The translations under genes and the position numbers were made by a program. Under the pieces are notes generated by a model. That model was not told the DNA's origin. It did no database searches and worked only from the letters and a program-made list of their open reading frames with translations. From NCBI GenBank assembly GCA_963798085.1, contig CAWCRS010000005.1:448001-512000 (forward strand): a stretch of DNA of 64,000 nucleotides, written 5' to 3'. This DNA comes from an uncultured Gemmatimonadales bacterium (lineage in GTDB: Bacteria > Gemmatimonadota > Gemmatimonadetes > Longimicrobiales > RSA9). The stretch's first letter is position 1. Every line of letters begins with the position of its first letter. Shown one piece after another: positions 1 to 10,456 of the stretch.

Positions 1-2
1 GC

Positions 3-200
3 GCCGGCGGCACGGGCACGCTGCTGATCGAGGATGATGGCGTCGGATTCGGGGGCGCGTGTCTCGATAACACGGGATTAGGACTGCGCATCATGAACTA
101 CCGTGCCAGCATGGTGGGCGGCGCGCTGGAAGTGCGGCCGGGCGAGGCAGGAGGCGTCACGGTGGCCTGCCGCTTTCCCGCGGACGGAGGCGTGCCGTGA
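3..200 (+). CDS. Sensor histidine kinase, C-terminal HATPase fragment (NarL/HisKA_3 type), truncated by window edge
   Basis: Manual translation gives LLIEDDGVGF...TGLGLRIMNYRASMVGGALEV...GVTVACRFP; the TGA overlaps the GTG of the next gene (GTGA). Confidence 0.85.
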   Translation, partial: AGGTGTLLIEDDGVGFGGACLDNTGLGLRIMNYRASMVGGALEVRPGEAGGVTVACRFPADGGVP

Positions 201-886
201 CGGCGGATTCCGTGCGCGGCTACCAGGGGCGGGGCAAACACCGTGTTTTTGTCGTGGACGATCACCCCATCGTGCGGCAGGGGCTGGCGCTGCTCATCAA
301 CCAGCAGCCGGACCTGATGGTGTGCGGCGAGGCGGAGGACGCGAACCAGGTGCTGCAGGCAATCGACGCGGCGCAGCCGGACGTTCTCGTGCTGGACATC
401 ACGCTGCGCGGCCCGGACGGCATCGACGTTCTGAAGATGGTGCGCTCCGCCCAGCCGGAATTGCCGGTGCTGATCCTGTCCATGCACGACGAATCGCTCT
501 ACGCGGAGCGGGCACTGCGGGCGGGCGCCAACGGCTACATCATGAAGCAGGAAGCAACGGAGAACGTGCTGGTGGCCCTGCGGCGCATTCTGCGGGGCGA
601 AGTACACGTGAGCCCGCGCGTCGCCCACCGCATCGTGCAGCAGCTCGTGCCCGGCTCTCCGCGGGCCAGGCCGGCGTCGATCGCGAGCCTGAGCGATCGC
701 GAGCTCGAGGTGTTCCGCCTGATCGGAGCCGGTTACGGCACGCGCCGCATCGCGCAGGAACTGCACCTCAGTGTGAAGACCGTGGAATCGTACCAGGCGC
801 ACATCAAGGAGAAGCTCTCGCTGGACGGAGCGCGCGCCCTCATGCGCCGCGCCATCGAATGGACTCTGCAGGAAGAACGTGGCTGA
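197..886 (+). CDS. NarL/FixJ-family response regulator (REC + LuxR HTH)
   Basis: VVDDHPIVRQGL, phospho-acceptor in VLDITL, GYIMK, C-terminal LSDRELEVFRLIG...IAQELHLSVKTVESY. Confidence 0.95.
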   Translation: MTADSVRGYQGRGKHRVFVVDDHPIVRQGLALLINQQPDLMVCGEAEDANQVLQAIDAAQPDVLVLDITLRGPDGIDVLKMVRSAQPELPVLILSMHDESLYAERALRAGANGYIMKQEATENVLVALRRILRGEVHVSPRVAHRIVQQLVPGSPRARPASIASLSDRELEVFRLIGAGYGTRRIAQELHLSVKTVESYQAHIKEKLSLDGARALMRRAIEWTLQEERG

Positions 887-1250
887 TTGCACCGCCGAGC
901 TGAGAGAGTGCCGCGGCTCGGCTGCAGGGCGCAACAACAGGTGATTCCCCGATCTGATCCAGGCGGCGTGGCGTGCTTCTGCAGGCAGCCGCCTGTTGTC
1001 TTTCTTCTTTCGTGCTGCGCGGTTTCGTCCCTTTTTTCAATCGCCTGAAGCCGAACGTGCTGCGGCCTGCCCGTCGCCCGCACCGACGCTCGCTATAACA
1101 GCCAGTTAGACGCACCGCCGGCCCCTGGCGTGGTGCCGGGCGGCCGGCGCGGTGCGGACAGTGTGACGACTGGCAGGGCAGGCGCGGCCAGCGTGGCGCG
1201 CAGCCCGGCAGCGGCGCTGGCATTCCTGCGCGGCGGGCGCGAAAGCCGGG

Positions 1251-1267
1251 GTAGGGGAATCCCCCAG
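1251..1267. promoter_or_regulatory. Imperfect palindrome GTAGGGGAATCCCCCAG upstream of the hydrogenase operon; candidate regulator operator
   Basis: Inverted repeat about 150 bp before the small-subunit start; similar words at 938-952 and 18188-18203. Confidence 0.35.
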
Positions 1268-1417
1268 ACCGCAGGTGCGGGGGTGGGGGCGGGCCTGATT
1301 GTGGCCGCGGCGGCGGAAGTCAATCTATGAGGAGTCGGCAGGCGACACATTCGGCCCAGTGCCGCATTCCTGAAGTCGGGATCTGACCACGCGCAGCTCG
1401 GGAAGGAGGGATGTGCC

Positions 1418-2479
<1,062 letters not shown>

Positions 2480-2532
2480 CTCTTCGTTTACCTGCCGGCA
2501 GGGACGCGGACCGGCAAAAGGAGCTACGTCCA

Positions 2533-4323
2533 ATGAGCACGATGACCGCCCGGGATGCGACGACACGCGGCAGCTCGCGCAAGCTGGTCGAGATGAACTG
2601 GGATCCAATCACGCGCATTGTGGGCAGCCTGGGCATCTTCACCAAGATCGATTTCGAGAACCGGGAAGTGGCGGAGTGCCACAGCACCTCGTCGATCTTC
2701 CGCGGCTACAGCATTTTCATGAAGGGCAAGGATCCGCGCGACGCGCACTTCATCACGAGTCGCATCTGCGGCATCTGCGGCGACAATCACGCGACCTGCG
2801 CCATGTACGCACAGAACATGGCGTTCGGCGTGAAGCCGCCGCCGCTGGGCGAGTGGATCGTCAATCTGGGTGAGGCGGCCGAGTACATGTTCGACCACAA
2901 CATCTTCCAGGACAACCTGGTGGGGGTCGACTTCTGCGAACAGATGGTGAAGGCCACCAACCCGGGCGTGTGGGAAAAGGCGCAGAAGACGGAAGCGCCC
3001 AACGCGGCGCTGCACGGGCACCGCACCATCGCCGACATCATGACGGCGCTGAATCCGTTCACGGGCACGTTCTACCGCGAGACGCTGCACGTGAGCCGCT
3101 ACACGCGCGAGATGTTCTGTCTCATGGAAGGCCGGCACGTGCATCCCTCGACGCTCTATCCCGGCGGCGTCGGCACGGTGCCCACGGTGCAGCTCTTCAC
3201 CGACTACCTCGTCCGGCTGGCGCGCTACGCCGAATTCATGAAGAAGTGCGTGCCGCTGCACGATGACCTGTTCAACTTCTTCTACGATGCGCTGCCCGGT
3301 TACGAGAAGGTGGGATTGCGGCGCACGCTGCTGGGATGCTGGGGCTCGTTCAACGATCCCGACGCCTGCGACTACACCTACAGGAACATGTCGAGCTGGG
3401 GCGACAGGATGTACGTGACGCCGGGTGTGGTGGTGGACGGCAAGCTGGTGACGCACGACCTGGTGGACATCAACCTGGGCATCCGCATTCTGCTGGGGCA
3501 CTCATTCTACGATGACTGGGACCGGTCGGAGCGGTTCGTGGCGACCGATCCGCTGGGCAACGCGGTGGACCAGCGGCATCCCTGGAATCAGACGACGCTC
3601 CCGAAGCCCCAGAAGCGCGACTTCGACGGCGCCTACAGCTGGACCATGTCGCCGCGCTGGTTCGACGGCAAGGACCACCTGGCGCTGGACACGGGCGGCG
3701 GTCCCATTGCCCGCCTCTGGGCGACGGCACTGGCAGGCATCGTGGACAACGGCTACGTAAAGTCCACGGGCAGCAGCGTGAAGATGTATCTGCCGAAGAC
3801 GGCCACACTGCCGGACGCGGAATTCGAGTGGAAGATCCCGCAGTGGAGCAACGCCATCGAGCGCGATCGTGCGCGCACCTATTTCCAGGTCTATGCCGCC
3901 GCGTGCGCCTACTATTTCGTGGAGAAGGCGCTGGCCGAACTGCACGCGGGCCGCACGCGCACATGGAGCGAGTTCGAAGTGCCGCAGGAAGCGGTTGCCT
4001 GCGGTTTCCACGAAGCGGTGCGTGGCGTGCTCTCGCATCACGTGGTGATTCGTGATGGCAAGATCGCGAACTACCATCCGTATCCGCCCACGCCGTGGAA
4101 CGGCAGCGTGCGCGATGTCTACGGCACACCGGGTCCGTACGAGGATGCGGTGCAGAACACGCCCATCTTCGAGGAGAACGGACCGGACACGTTCAAGGGC
4201 ATCGACATCATGCGCGCGGTGCGCAGCTTCGATCCCTGCCTGCCCTGCGGCGTGCACATGTACCTGGGCAACGGCAAGGTGCTGCAGACGCACCACTCCT
4301 CGATGTTCGGCCTGCATTCCTGA
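2533..4323 (+). CDS. hhyL: Group 1h [NiFe]-hydrogenase large subunit
   Basis: L1 motif TSRICGICGDNHATC and L2 motif SFDPCLPCGVH characteristic of group 1h; short C-terminal extension; AGGAG RBS before ATG 2533. Confidence 0.95.
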   Translation: MSTMTARDATTRGSSRKLVEMNWDPITRIVGSLGIFTKIDFENREVAECHSTSSIFRGYSIFMKGKDPRDAHFITSRICGICGDNHATCAMYAQNMAFGVKPPPLGEWIVNLGEAAEYMFDHNIFQDNLVGVDFCEQMVKATNPGVWEKAQKTEAPNAALHGHRTIADIMTALNPFTGTFYRETLHVSRYTREMFCLMEGRHVHPSTLYPGGVGTVPTVQLFTDYLVRLARYAEFMKKCVPLHDDLFNFFYDALPGYEKVGLRRTLLGCWGSFNDPDACDYTYRNMSSWGDRMYVTPGVVVDGKLVTHDLVDINLGIRILLGHSFYDDWDRSERFVATDPLGNAVDQRHPWNQTTLPKPQKRDFDGAYSWTMSPRWFDGKDHLALDTGGGPIARLWATALAGIVDNGYVKSTGSSVKMYLPKTATLPDAEFEWKIPQWSNAIERDRARTYFQVYAAACAYYFVEKALAELHAGRTRTWSEFEVPQEAVACGFHEAVRGVLSHHVVIRDGKIANYHPYPPTPWNGSVRDVYGTPGPYEDAVQNTPIFEENGPDTFKGIDIMRAVRSFDPCLPCGVHMYLGNGKVLQTHHSSMFGLHS

Positions 4324-4970
4324 TGGCCGCCACGAGCGAGTTCGAGCAGCACATCCAGCGCATCGATCAACTGGTCGGTGCGCTGGAAGCAGCGCCCGAT
4401 TCGGCGGTACGCACGTCGGCGCGCGAACTGGTGCAGCGCATCATGGAGCTGCACGGCGCCGGACTGGAGCGACTGCTCACAGTGGTGCACGAAGCGGGGG
4501 CCGCAGGCGGCTCCATGATCGAGAATCTCGCGCGTGATCCGCTGGTCAGCAGCCTGCTGCTGCTCTACGGCCTGCACCCTGTGGATCTGCCCACGCGGGT
4601 GCAGCAGGCGCTGGAGACGTCGCGGCCGTACCTGCGCTCGCACGGCGGCAACGTCGAGCTGGTGTCGGTCGATGCGGCGGGCACGGTGCGACTGCGCATG
4701 GAAGGCAGCTGTCACGGCTGCCCATCCTCCGCGCTCACGCTGAAACTGGCCATCGAGCAGGCCATCCGGGAAGCGGCGCCGGATGTGCTGGCGATCGAGG
4801 TGGAAGGCGAAACTTCACAACCGCCGCAGCCTGCGCCGCTGCCTGAACATCTCGTACCGCTGGGGTACAGCGGGCGCAACGGTACGGTGAACACAGGCGC
4901 CGGACAACGCTCCGGCAACGGGACGGGAGACGTCGCCTGCACTACGGCGGACGCCGTGTCACCAGCTTGA
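4323..4970 (+). CDS. NifU/Nfu-like Fe-S protein of the hhy cluster (HhyE-like)
   Basis: LLLYGLHP, RPYLRSHGGNVEL, GSCHGCPSS (CxxC); coupled to the hhyL stop (TGATG). Confidence 0.85.
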   Translation: MAATSEFEQHIQRIDQLVGALEAAPDSAVRTSARELVQRIMELHGAGLERLLTVVHEAGAAGGSMIENLARDPLVSSLLLLYGLHPVDLPTRVQQALETSRPYLRSHGGNVELVSVDAAGTVRLRMEGSCHGCPSSALTLKLAIEQAIREAAPDVLAIEVEGETSQPPQPAPLPEHLVPLGYSGRNGTVNTGAGQRSGNGTGDVACTTADAVSPA

Positions 4971-5629
4971 CCGTGGCGCGCGCACCACTCCAGACGGGCG
5001 ATGCGGCGTTCGCCAATCTGCGCCGTTTCGTGCAACGGCGTGCGCCCGAAGAGCGTTGCGACATGTGCGCGCGCAGCATCGCCGCGGAGCACGATCACCT
5101 GATCGAGCTGAAGACGCGGCAGCTGTCCTGCGCGTGTCCGGCCTGCGCGGTGCTGTTCAGCGGCCAGACGGGGATGCGGCACAAGCGCGTGCCGCGGCGG
5201 GTGCGTCTGCTCGAGGATTTCCGGATGAGCGACGCGCAGTGGGACGGCCTGCGCATCCCCATCAACCTCGCCTTCTTCTTTCACAGCAGCACGGAAGGCC
5301 GCACGCTGGTCTTCTATCCCAGCCCGGCCGGTCCCACGGAGTCGCTGCTGCCGCTGGACACGTGGCAGGACGTGGTGCGTGATAACGACGTGTTACAGGA
5401 TGCGCAGACCGACGTCGAGGCGCTGCTCGTGAACCGTTCGGCACACGCGCGCGGCGCGGGTCCGGCCGAGTACTATCTGCTGGGCATCGACGAGTGCTAC
5501 CGCCTGGTGGGTCTGATCCGCGCGCGCTGGAAGGGTCTGCACGGAGGCAGCGAGGTGTGGCAGTCGATCGGCGACTTCTTCGACGAGCTGCGGCGTCGTG
5601 CGCGGGCCGGCGGGGGACATCGTGCCTGA
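4967..5629 (+). CDS. Hydrogenase-associated accessory protein (DUF5947/HhaA-like)
   Basis: ERCDMC...H...CACPAC, IPINLAFFF, FYPSPAGPTES, IDECYRLVGLIR..W.GLHGG; position in operon. Confidence 0.75.
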   Translation: MTVARAPLQTGDAAFANLRRFVQRRAPEERCDMCARSIAAEHDHLIELKTRQLSCACPACAVLFSGQTGMRHKRVPRRVRLLEDFRMSDAQWDGLRIPINLAFFFHSSTEGRTLVFYPSPAGPTESLLPLDTWQDVVRDNDVLQDAQTDVEALLVNRSAHARGAGPAEYYLLGIDECYRLVGLIRARWKGLHGGSEVWQSIGDFFDELRRRARAGGGHRA

Positions 5630-6272
5630 CCTGAGCTTCGAAATCGAGGGCGTGGAAGCCGTGCGCTTCGCGGTCACGCCGCAGCTCACATTCCAGATGG
5701 GCGTCAGCAACAGCGTGCCGGACGAAGCGGTGGCGACCGTCGTGCTGCGCTGCCAGATCCAGATCGAGGTGGCACGTCGGCGCTACGGCAGCGCGGAGGA
5801 GGAGCGGTTGCGCGACCTGTTCGGCGAGCCTGCTCGCTGGAGCCAGACGCTGCGCACCATGCTGTGGACACACGTCAATGTGGTGGTGAGTCCCTTCACC
5901 GCGCACACCACCGTGGCAGTGCCCGTGCCGTGCACTTACGACTTCAATGTCGCTGCCACCAAGTACTTCTATGGCCTGACGGAGGGCGAGATCCCGCTCT
6001 CGTTCCTGTTCAGCGGCACGGTGTTCTACGAAGTCGGAGAGGGCGGTCTCATGGCGGCGCCGATCTCGTGGGACAAGGAAGCGCGCTTCCGGCTGCCCGT
6101 GCAGACGTGGCAGGAGCTGATGGACGCCTATTACCCTAACACGGCGTGGCTGCAGCTGCGGCGCGATGTGTTCGACCGGCTGTACCAGTACAAGGTGAAA
6201 CGGGGCATTCCGACGTGGGAGCAGGCGCTGGAGAACATCCTGCCCCCGGCGGAAGATGCGGTGCAGCAATGA
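5622..6272 (+). CDS. Hydrogenase-associated accessory protein (DUF6084/HhaB-like)
   Basis: LRCQIQIE, DLFGEP.RW..TLR..LW, PCTYDFNVAATKYF, FLFSGTVFY; overlaps the upstream stop. Confidence 0.75.
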   Translation: MPDLSFEIEGVEAVRFAVTPQLTFQMGVSNSVPDEAVATVVLRCQIQIEVARRRYGSAEEERLRDLFGEPARWSQTLRTMLWTHVNVVVSPFTAHTTVAVPVPCTYDFNVAATKYFYGLTEGEIPLSFLFSGTVFYEVGEGGLMAAPISWDKEARFRLPVQTWQELMDAYYPNTAWLQLRRDVFDRLYQYKVKRGIPTWEQALENILPPAEDAVQQ

Positions 6273-7315
6273 GAGAGAGCGAGGTCGAGCGGGTGGCGGC
6301 GGCGCTGCTGTACGAGGGCTACATGCTGTATCCGTACCGGCCCTCAGCCGTGAAGAACCGGCAGCGTTTCAATTTCGGCGTGCTCTATCCCGAAGCATGG
6401 TGTCAGGGACGGCCGGGCTCGGACTCGTGGTACCTGCAGGCAGAGTTCCTGGTGACGGGCGCGGCCACTGCGCAGCTCGATGTGCGACTGCGCTTCCTGC
6501 AGCTCGTCGACCGCCAGGTGGCCGAGGTACTCGAGCCGGTCGCGGAGCTGGCGCCTGCGACAACGTACCAGCCGGTCCCGGCGCTGGCGGTGGAGGGGCG
6601 CACCTACTCGAGCTGGCAGGAAGCCACCGAGCGCGAGGTGGTGGTGTCCTGCCCGGTGATGGCACTCAGCGCGCCCGGCTTCGAGCATTCGTTCCAGGAG
6701 CCGGCCGGCGAGCAGATCGAGCCGCTGCGCACGGCTTCGGGACTCGTGGCCGGGGTGTGCCTCCGCCGGCGCGCGGCTCTGCACGGCGCGCTGCAGGCGT
6801 CTGGGATGATATGCGGTGACGACGTCGCGCGCGTCACGGTGCGCGTCGTGAACCAGGCGCTAACCGACGGTTCGAACGAGCGCGGTGCGGCCCTGATGCA
6901 GTCGCTGGTCTCGGCACACCTGATCGCGCGGGTGCGGGATGGCGCGTTCTGCTCACTGCTGGACCCGCCGCCCGAGTTGCGCGCGGCCGCGAGCGCCTGC
7001 CGCCAACACAGTGTGTGGCCGGTACTGGCGGGCGAAGAGGGAACGCACGACACGCTGCTCTGCTCACCCATCGTCGTCTACGATTATCCGCGTCTTGCGC
7101 CGGAGAGCCGGGGCGACTTCTTCGACGGCACGGAGATCGACGAGATGCTGTCGCTGCGCGTGCTGACGCTGACGGACGCGGAGAAGCTGGAGATGGCGCA
7201 GGCCGATGAGCTGACGCGTCGTCTGCTGGAGCGCACGGAGGCGATGGGCGAAGCCGAGCTGATGAGCCTGCATGGCACCCTGCGCGACATGCGCCGACCT
7301 GGAGCTGCGCGATGA
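6269..7315 (+). CDS. Hydrogenase-associated accessory protein (HhaC-like)
   Basis: LYEGYMLYPYRPSAVKNRQRF and SPIVVYDYP..APES.GDFFDGTEIDEML.LR..TLTD.EK, recalled from hhy clusters; ATGA coupling. Confidence 0.7.
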   Translation: MRESEVERVAAALLYEGYMLYPYRPSAVKNRQRFNFGVLYPEAWCQGRPGSDSWYLQAEFLVTGAATAQLDVRLRFLQLVDRQVAEVLEPVAELAPATTYQPVPALAVEGRTYSSWQEATEREVVVSCPVMALSAPGFEHSFQEPAGEQIEPLRTASGLVAGVCLRRRAALHGALQASGMICGDDVARVTVRVVNQALTDGSNERGAALMQSLVSAHLIARVRDGAFCSLLDPPPELRAAASACRQHSVWPVLAGEEGTHDTLLCSPIVVYDYPRLAPESRGDFFDGTEIDEMLSLRVLTLTDAEKLEMAQADELTRRLLERTEAMGEAELMSLHGTLRDMRRPGAAR

Positions 7316-8154
7316 GCGCGTCGCGTCACGACCCGCTGGAGCCGCACGCACTGGAGTTCCTGCGCGTCACGGAGGCAGTGCTGCGCGCGGGTGACCCGGT
7401 GCGCATCCTGCCGCGCGCGGGTGGCGACGTGTTCGATCTCGCGCTGGCGGGCAAGGCAGGCATCATCGAATCCATCGAAACGGATTTCGAAGGCCGGCTG
7501 CACTGTGCCGTGGTGCTGGACGATGACCCCGGCAGCGACCTGGGCATGGCGCGCATGCCTGCGCACCGGTTCTTCTTCGCGCCCGATGAGCTGGAGCGTC
7601 TGGCGCAACGCGCGCCGCGCAGCGTGCCGGCGGCGAGCGGTACGCTGCTGATCGCCGGCATCGGCAACATCTTCCTGGGCGATGATGCGTTCGGCGTGGC
7701 CGTAGTGCGCCGTCTGTTCAGCCGACCGTTGCCGGAGAACGTGACGTTAGTCGACTACGGGATTCGCGGCTTCGATCTGGCGTGCGCGCTGGTACGCGGC
7801 TACGACCGCACGATCCTGGTCGATGCGTGTCCACGCGGTGAAGCGCCGGGAACGCTGTACGTGATGGAGCCCGACCTGACGGCACTGGATGCGGCTGCCG
7901 ACGCCGCGGCCGTCGTGGACGGACACAGCATGAATCCGCTGAACGTGCTGCGTCTGGCGCGCACCCTGGGCGGACCGCTGAACCCGGTACTGCTGGTGGG
8001 TTGCGAGCCCGAGTCGCTGGGACCGGAGGAAGGCCTGATCGGCCTGAGCAAACCGGTGGAGGCGGCGGTGGAGCAGGCCGTGCCCCTGATCGAGTCATTG
8101 ATTGCCGAGTTCCTGGAGCAGCAGACCGCGGTCAGCGATCGAACCACATCCTGA
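7312..8154 (+). CDS. Hydrogenase maturation protease with an extra N-terminal domain
   Basis: C-terminal IAGIGNIFLGDDAFGV, DYGIRG, ILVDA, GHSMNP, VGCEP (HupD/HybD family); about 100-aa N-terminal extension. Confidence 0.85.
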   Translation: MSASRHDPLEPHALEFLRVTEAVLRAGDPVRILPRAGGDVFDLALAGKAGIIESIETDFEGRLHCAVVLDDDPGSDLGMARMPAHRFFFAPDELERLAQRAPRSVPAASGTLLIAGIGNIFLGDDAFGVAVVRRLFSRPLPENVTLVDYGIRGFDLACALVRGYDRTILVDACPRGEAPGTLYVMEPDLTALDAAADAAAVVDGHSMNPLNVLRLARTLGGPLNPVLLVGCEPESLGPEEGLIGLSKPVEAAVEQAVPLIESLIAEFLEQQTAVSDRTTS

Positions 8155-8169
8155 GAGAGGTGAAATCAC

Positions 8170-8382
8170 ATGAGGGATCGGATCGAGGTATCGGAGAACA
8201 CGGGTGCGGCGGACCGGGACACGCTGCTCCTGTTCGGCGGTCTGGCGCTCATCGTCATGGGTGCGGGCATGATCCTGTCCAACGCAACGGTGCGGCGTCA
8301 GCTGGGCCAGTTCGGAGCCGGCAATCTGCTGCAGGCGGGCCTGCCTGATTTCCAGCGGTACCTGAAGCTGAGGTCAATGTGA
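8170..8382 (+). CDS. Small single-TM membrane protein ending PDFQRYLKLRSM
   Basis: GAGGTG RBS, one hydrophobic helix, stop overlaps the next start. Confidence 0.7.
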   Translation: MRDRIEVSENTGAADRDTLLLFGGLALIVMGAGMILSNATVRRQLGQFGAGNLLQAGLPDFQRYLKLRSM

Positions 8383-8972
8383 TCCTGCAGTCCGCGCGAG
8401 CCCTGTTCGACAGAGAGACCCACGTGACACAGTACGTCATCGATGCGGGAGTCAGCCGGTTCACCGTGCGCGCCTTTGCCGCGGGCATGCTGTCGGCACT
8501 GGGCCACAATCCGACGTTCGCGGTGCGCGATCTGAAGGGCGAACTGGAGTTCGACGAACAGAATCCTGCCGCTTCGTCGATGCGGCTGGTGGTGCGCGCC
8601 TCGTCGCTGGAGCTGCAGGACAACATGAGCGAGAAGGACCGGCGCGAGATTCTGCGGACGTTGAACGAGGACGTACTGGAAACGGCGCGTTATCCCGACA
8701 TCGTGTACGAGTGCCGCAGCGTGACGGTGCAGCGGAGCGATGGGCCGCTGGACCTTCTGCTGGACGGTGAGCTGAGCCTGCACGGGGTCACGCGACGGCA
8801 GGCGATTCCCGTGCGCATTTCGGTGATGGGCAGCCTGCTGCGCGCGTTCGGCGAGTTCACGCTGCGGCAGACCGACTATGGCATCAGGCTGGTGGCGGTC
8901 GCGGGCCGGATGCTGCAGGTGAAGGATGAGCTGAAGTTCTCGTTCGAGCTGGTAGCGCGCGCAGCGGCCTGA
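8379..8972 (+). CDS. YceI-family (polyisoprenoid-binding beta-barrel) protein, no signal peptide
   Basis: YVIDAGVSRFTV, LETARYPDIVY, GELSLHGVTR, LRQTDYGI, VKDELKF. Confidence 0.85.
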   Translation: MILQSARALFDRETHVTQYVIDAGVSRFTVRAFAAGMLSALGHNPTFAVRDLKGELEFDEQNPAASSMRLVVRASSLELQDNMSEKDRREILRTLNEDVLETARYPDIVYECRSVTVQRSDGPLDLLLDGELSLHGVTRRQAIPVRISVMGSLLRAFGEFTLRQTDYGIRLVAVAGRMLQVKDELKFSFELVARAAA

Positions 8973-9019
8973 CGTCAGCGGCACTGCGCGCACCGGTTCA
9001 CTGCAGGAGCATCCCAACC

Positions 9020-9343
9020 ATGTGCCTCGCCATACCCGGCAAGATCGTGGAGCTGGCCGCGGGTGACGTTCCGCTCGCGCTGGTCGAGGTGGCGGGTGTG
9101 CGCCGCCGCGTCGACCTCGCTCTGCTGGCGGACGATCCGCCCGTGCTGGGCGACTGGGTGCTGATCCACGTCGGATTCGCCATGAGCAGGATCAGCGAGG
9201 CGGCGGCGCAGGAACAGATGCGGATGCTGGCGCTGCTGGGCGAGGACGAGGCTGCCATGCAGGAGGTGCGCGGCTACGGCCTGCACAATGGCGATGCGGG
9301 CGATACGCGCGGCACGGAGACATCCAATGAAATTCGTCGATGA
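9020..9343 (+). CDS. hypC: Hydrogenase chaperone HypC
   Basis: MCLAIPG N-terminus, GDWVLIHVGFA. Confidence 0.95.
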   Translation: MCLAIPGKIVELAAGDVPLALVEVAGVRRRVDLALLADDPPVLGDWVLIHVGFAMSRISEAAAQEQMRMLALLGEDEAAMQEVRGYGLHNGDAGDTRGTETSNEIRR

Positions 9344-10456
9344 GTTCCGCGACCCCGGGATCATTGCCAGGACGCGGGAAGAGATTCGTCGTCTGGCGGA
9401 TCCGGGCCGGCACTACCGCCTCATGGAGGTGTGCGGCGGGCACACGCACGCCATCTACCGTTTCGGGCTGAAGGACCTGCTGCCGGCGAACATCGAGTTG
9501 ATCCACGGCCCGGGGTGTCCGGTGTGCGTCCTGCCCATGGGCCGCATCGACGATGGGCTGGCGCTGGCCGACGAGCCGCATTTCGTGTTCACGGCGTTCG
9601 GCGACATGATGCGCGTGCCGGGCACGCAGGGCAGCCCGCTGGCGCACAAGGCCATGGGCAAGGATGTGCGCATCGTGTATTCGCCGGCGGACGCGCTCAA
9701 GCTGGCGCAGCGCAATCCCGACCGGCACGTGATGTTCTTCGCCATCGGCTTCGAGACCACGGCGCCGTCCACCGCCCTCACGCTGATGCGCGCGAAGCAG
9801 CTGGGCGTGCACAACTTCTCGGTGTTCTGCAACCACGTGACGATCATCCCGGCCATCCGTGCGATCCTGGATTCGCCGGACATGCGGCTGGACGCCTTCA
9901 TCGGGCCGGGTCACGTTTCGACGGTGATCGGCTGCCGCCCGTACGAGTGGATCGCGCAGGACGCAGGGCAAGCCCATCGTCGTCTCGGGCTTCGAGCCAC
10001 TGGACATGCTGCAGTCGATGGTCATGCTGCTGCGCCAGCTGCGTGACGGTGAAGCGAAGGTGGAGAACCAGTACGACCGCGTGGTGCCGTGGGAAGGGAA
10101 CCGCGCGGCGCTGCAGGCGATGGCGGAAGTCTTCGAGCTGCGCCCGTACTTCGAATGGCGGGGTCTCGGCTTCATCTCGCAATCGGCTCTGCGCATCAGC
10201 GAGCGCTACGCGGAGTACGACGCCGAGCGGCTCTTCGACGTGCCGGGCGTACGGGTGACCGACCCCAAGGCGGCGCAGTGCGGCGAGGTGCTCAAGGGCG
10301 TGCTGAAGCCGGTGCAATGCAAGCTGTTCGGCCGCGAGTGCACGCCGGAGCACCCGGTCGGCGCACTGATGGTTTCCTCGGAAGGCTCATGCGCAGCCTA
10401 CTACAACTACGAACACCGGAAGACGGAATCGAGCGCGGCACTGGTCACCGGCGTGA
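9327..10456 (+). CDS. hypD: Hydrogenase formation protein HypD (apparent frameshift near 9965; 3' end uncertain)
   Basis: MEVCGGHTH, HGPGCPVC, GFETT, GPGHVS in one frame; CGEVLKG, CTPEHPVGALMVSSEGSCAAYY in the next. Confidence 0.9.
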
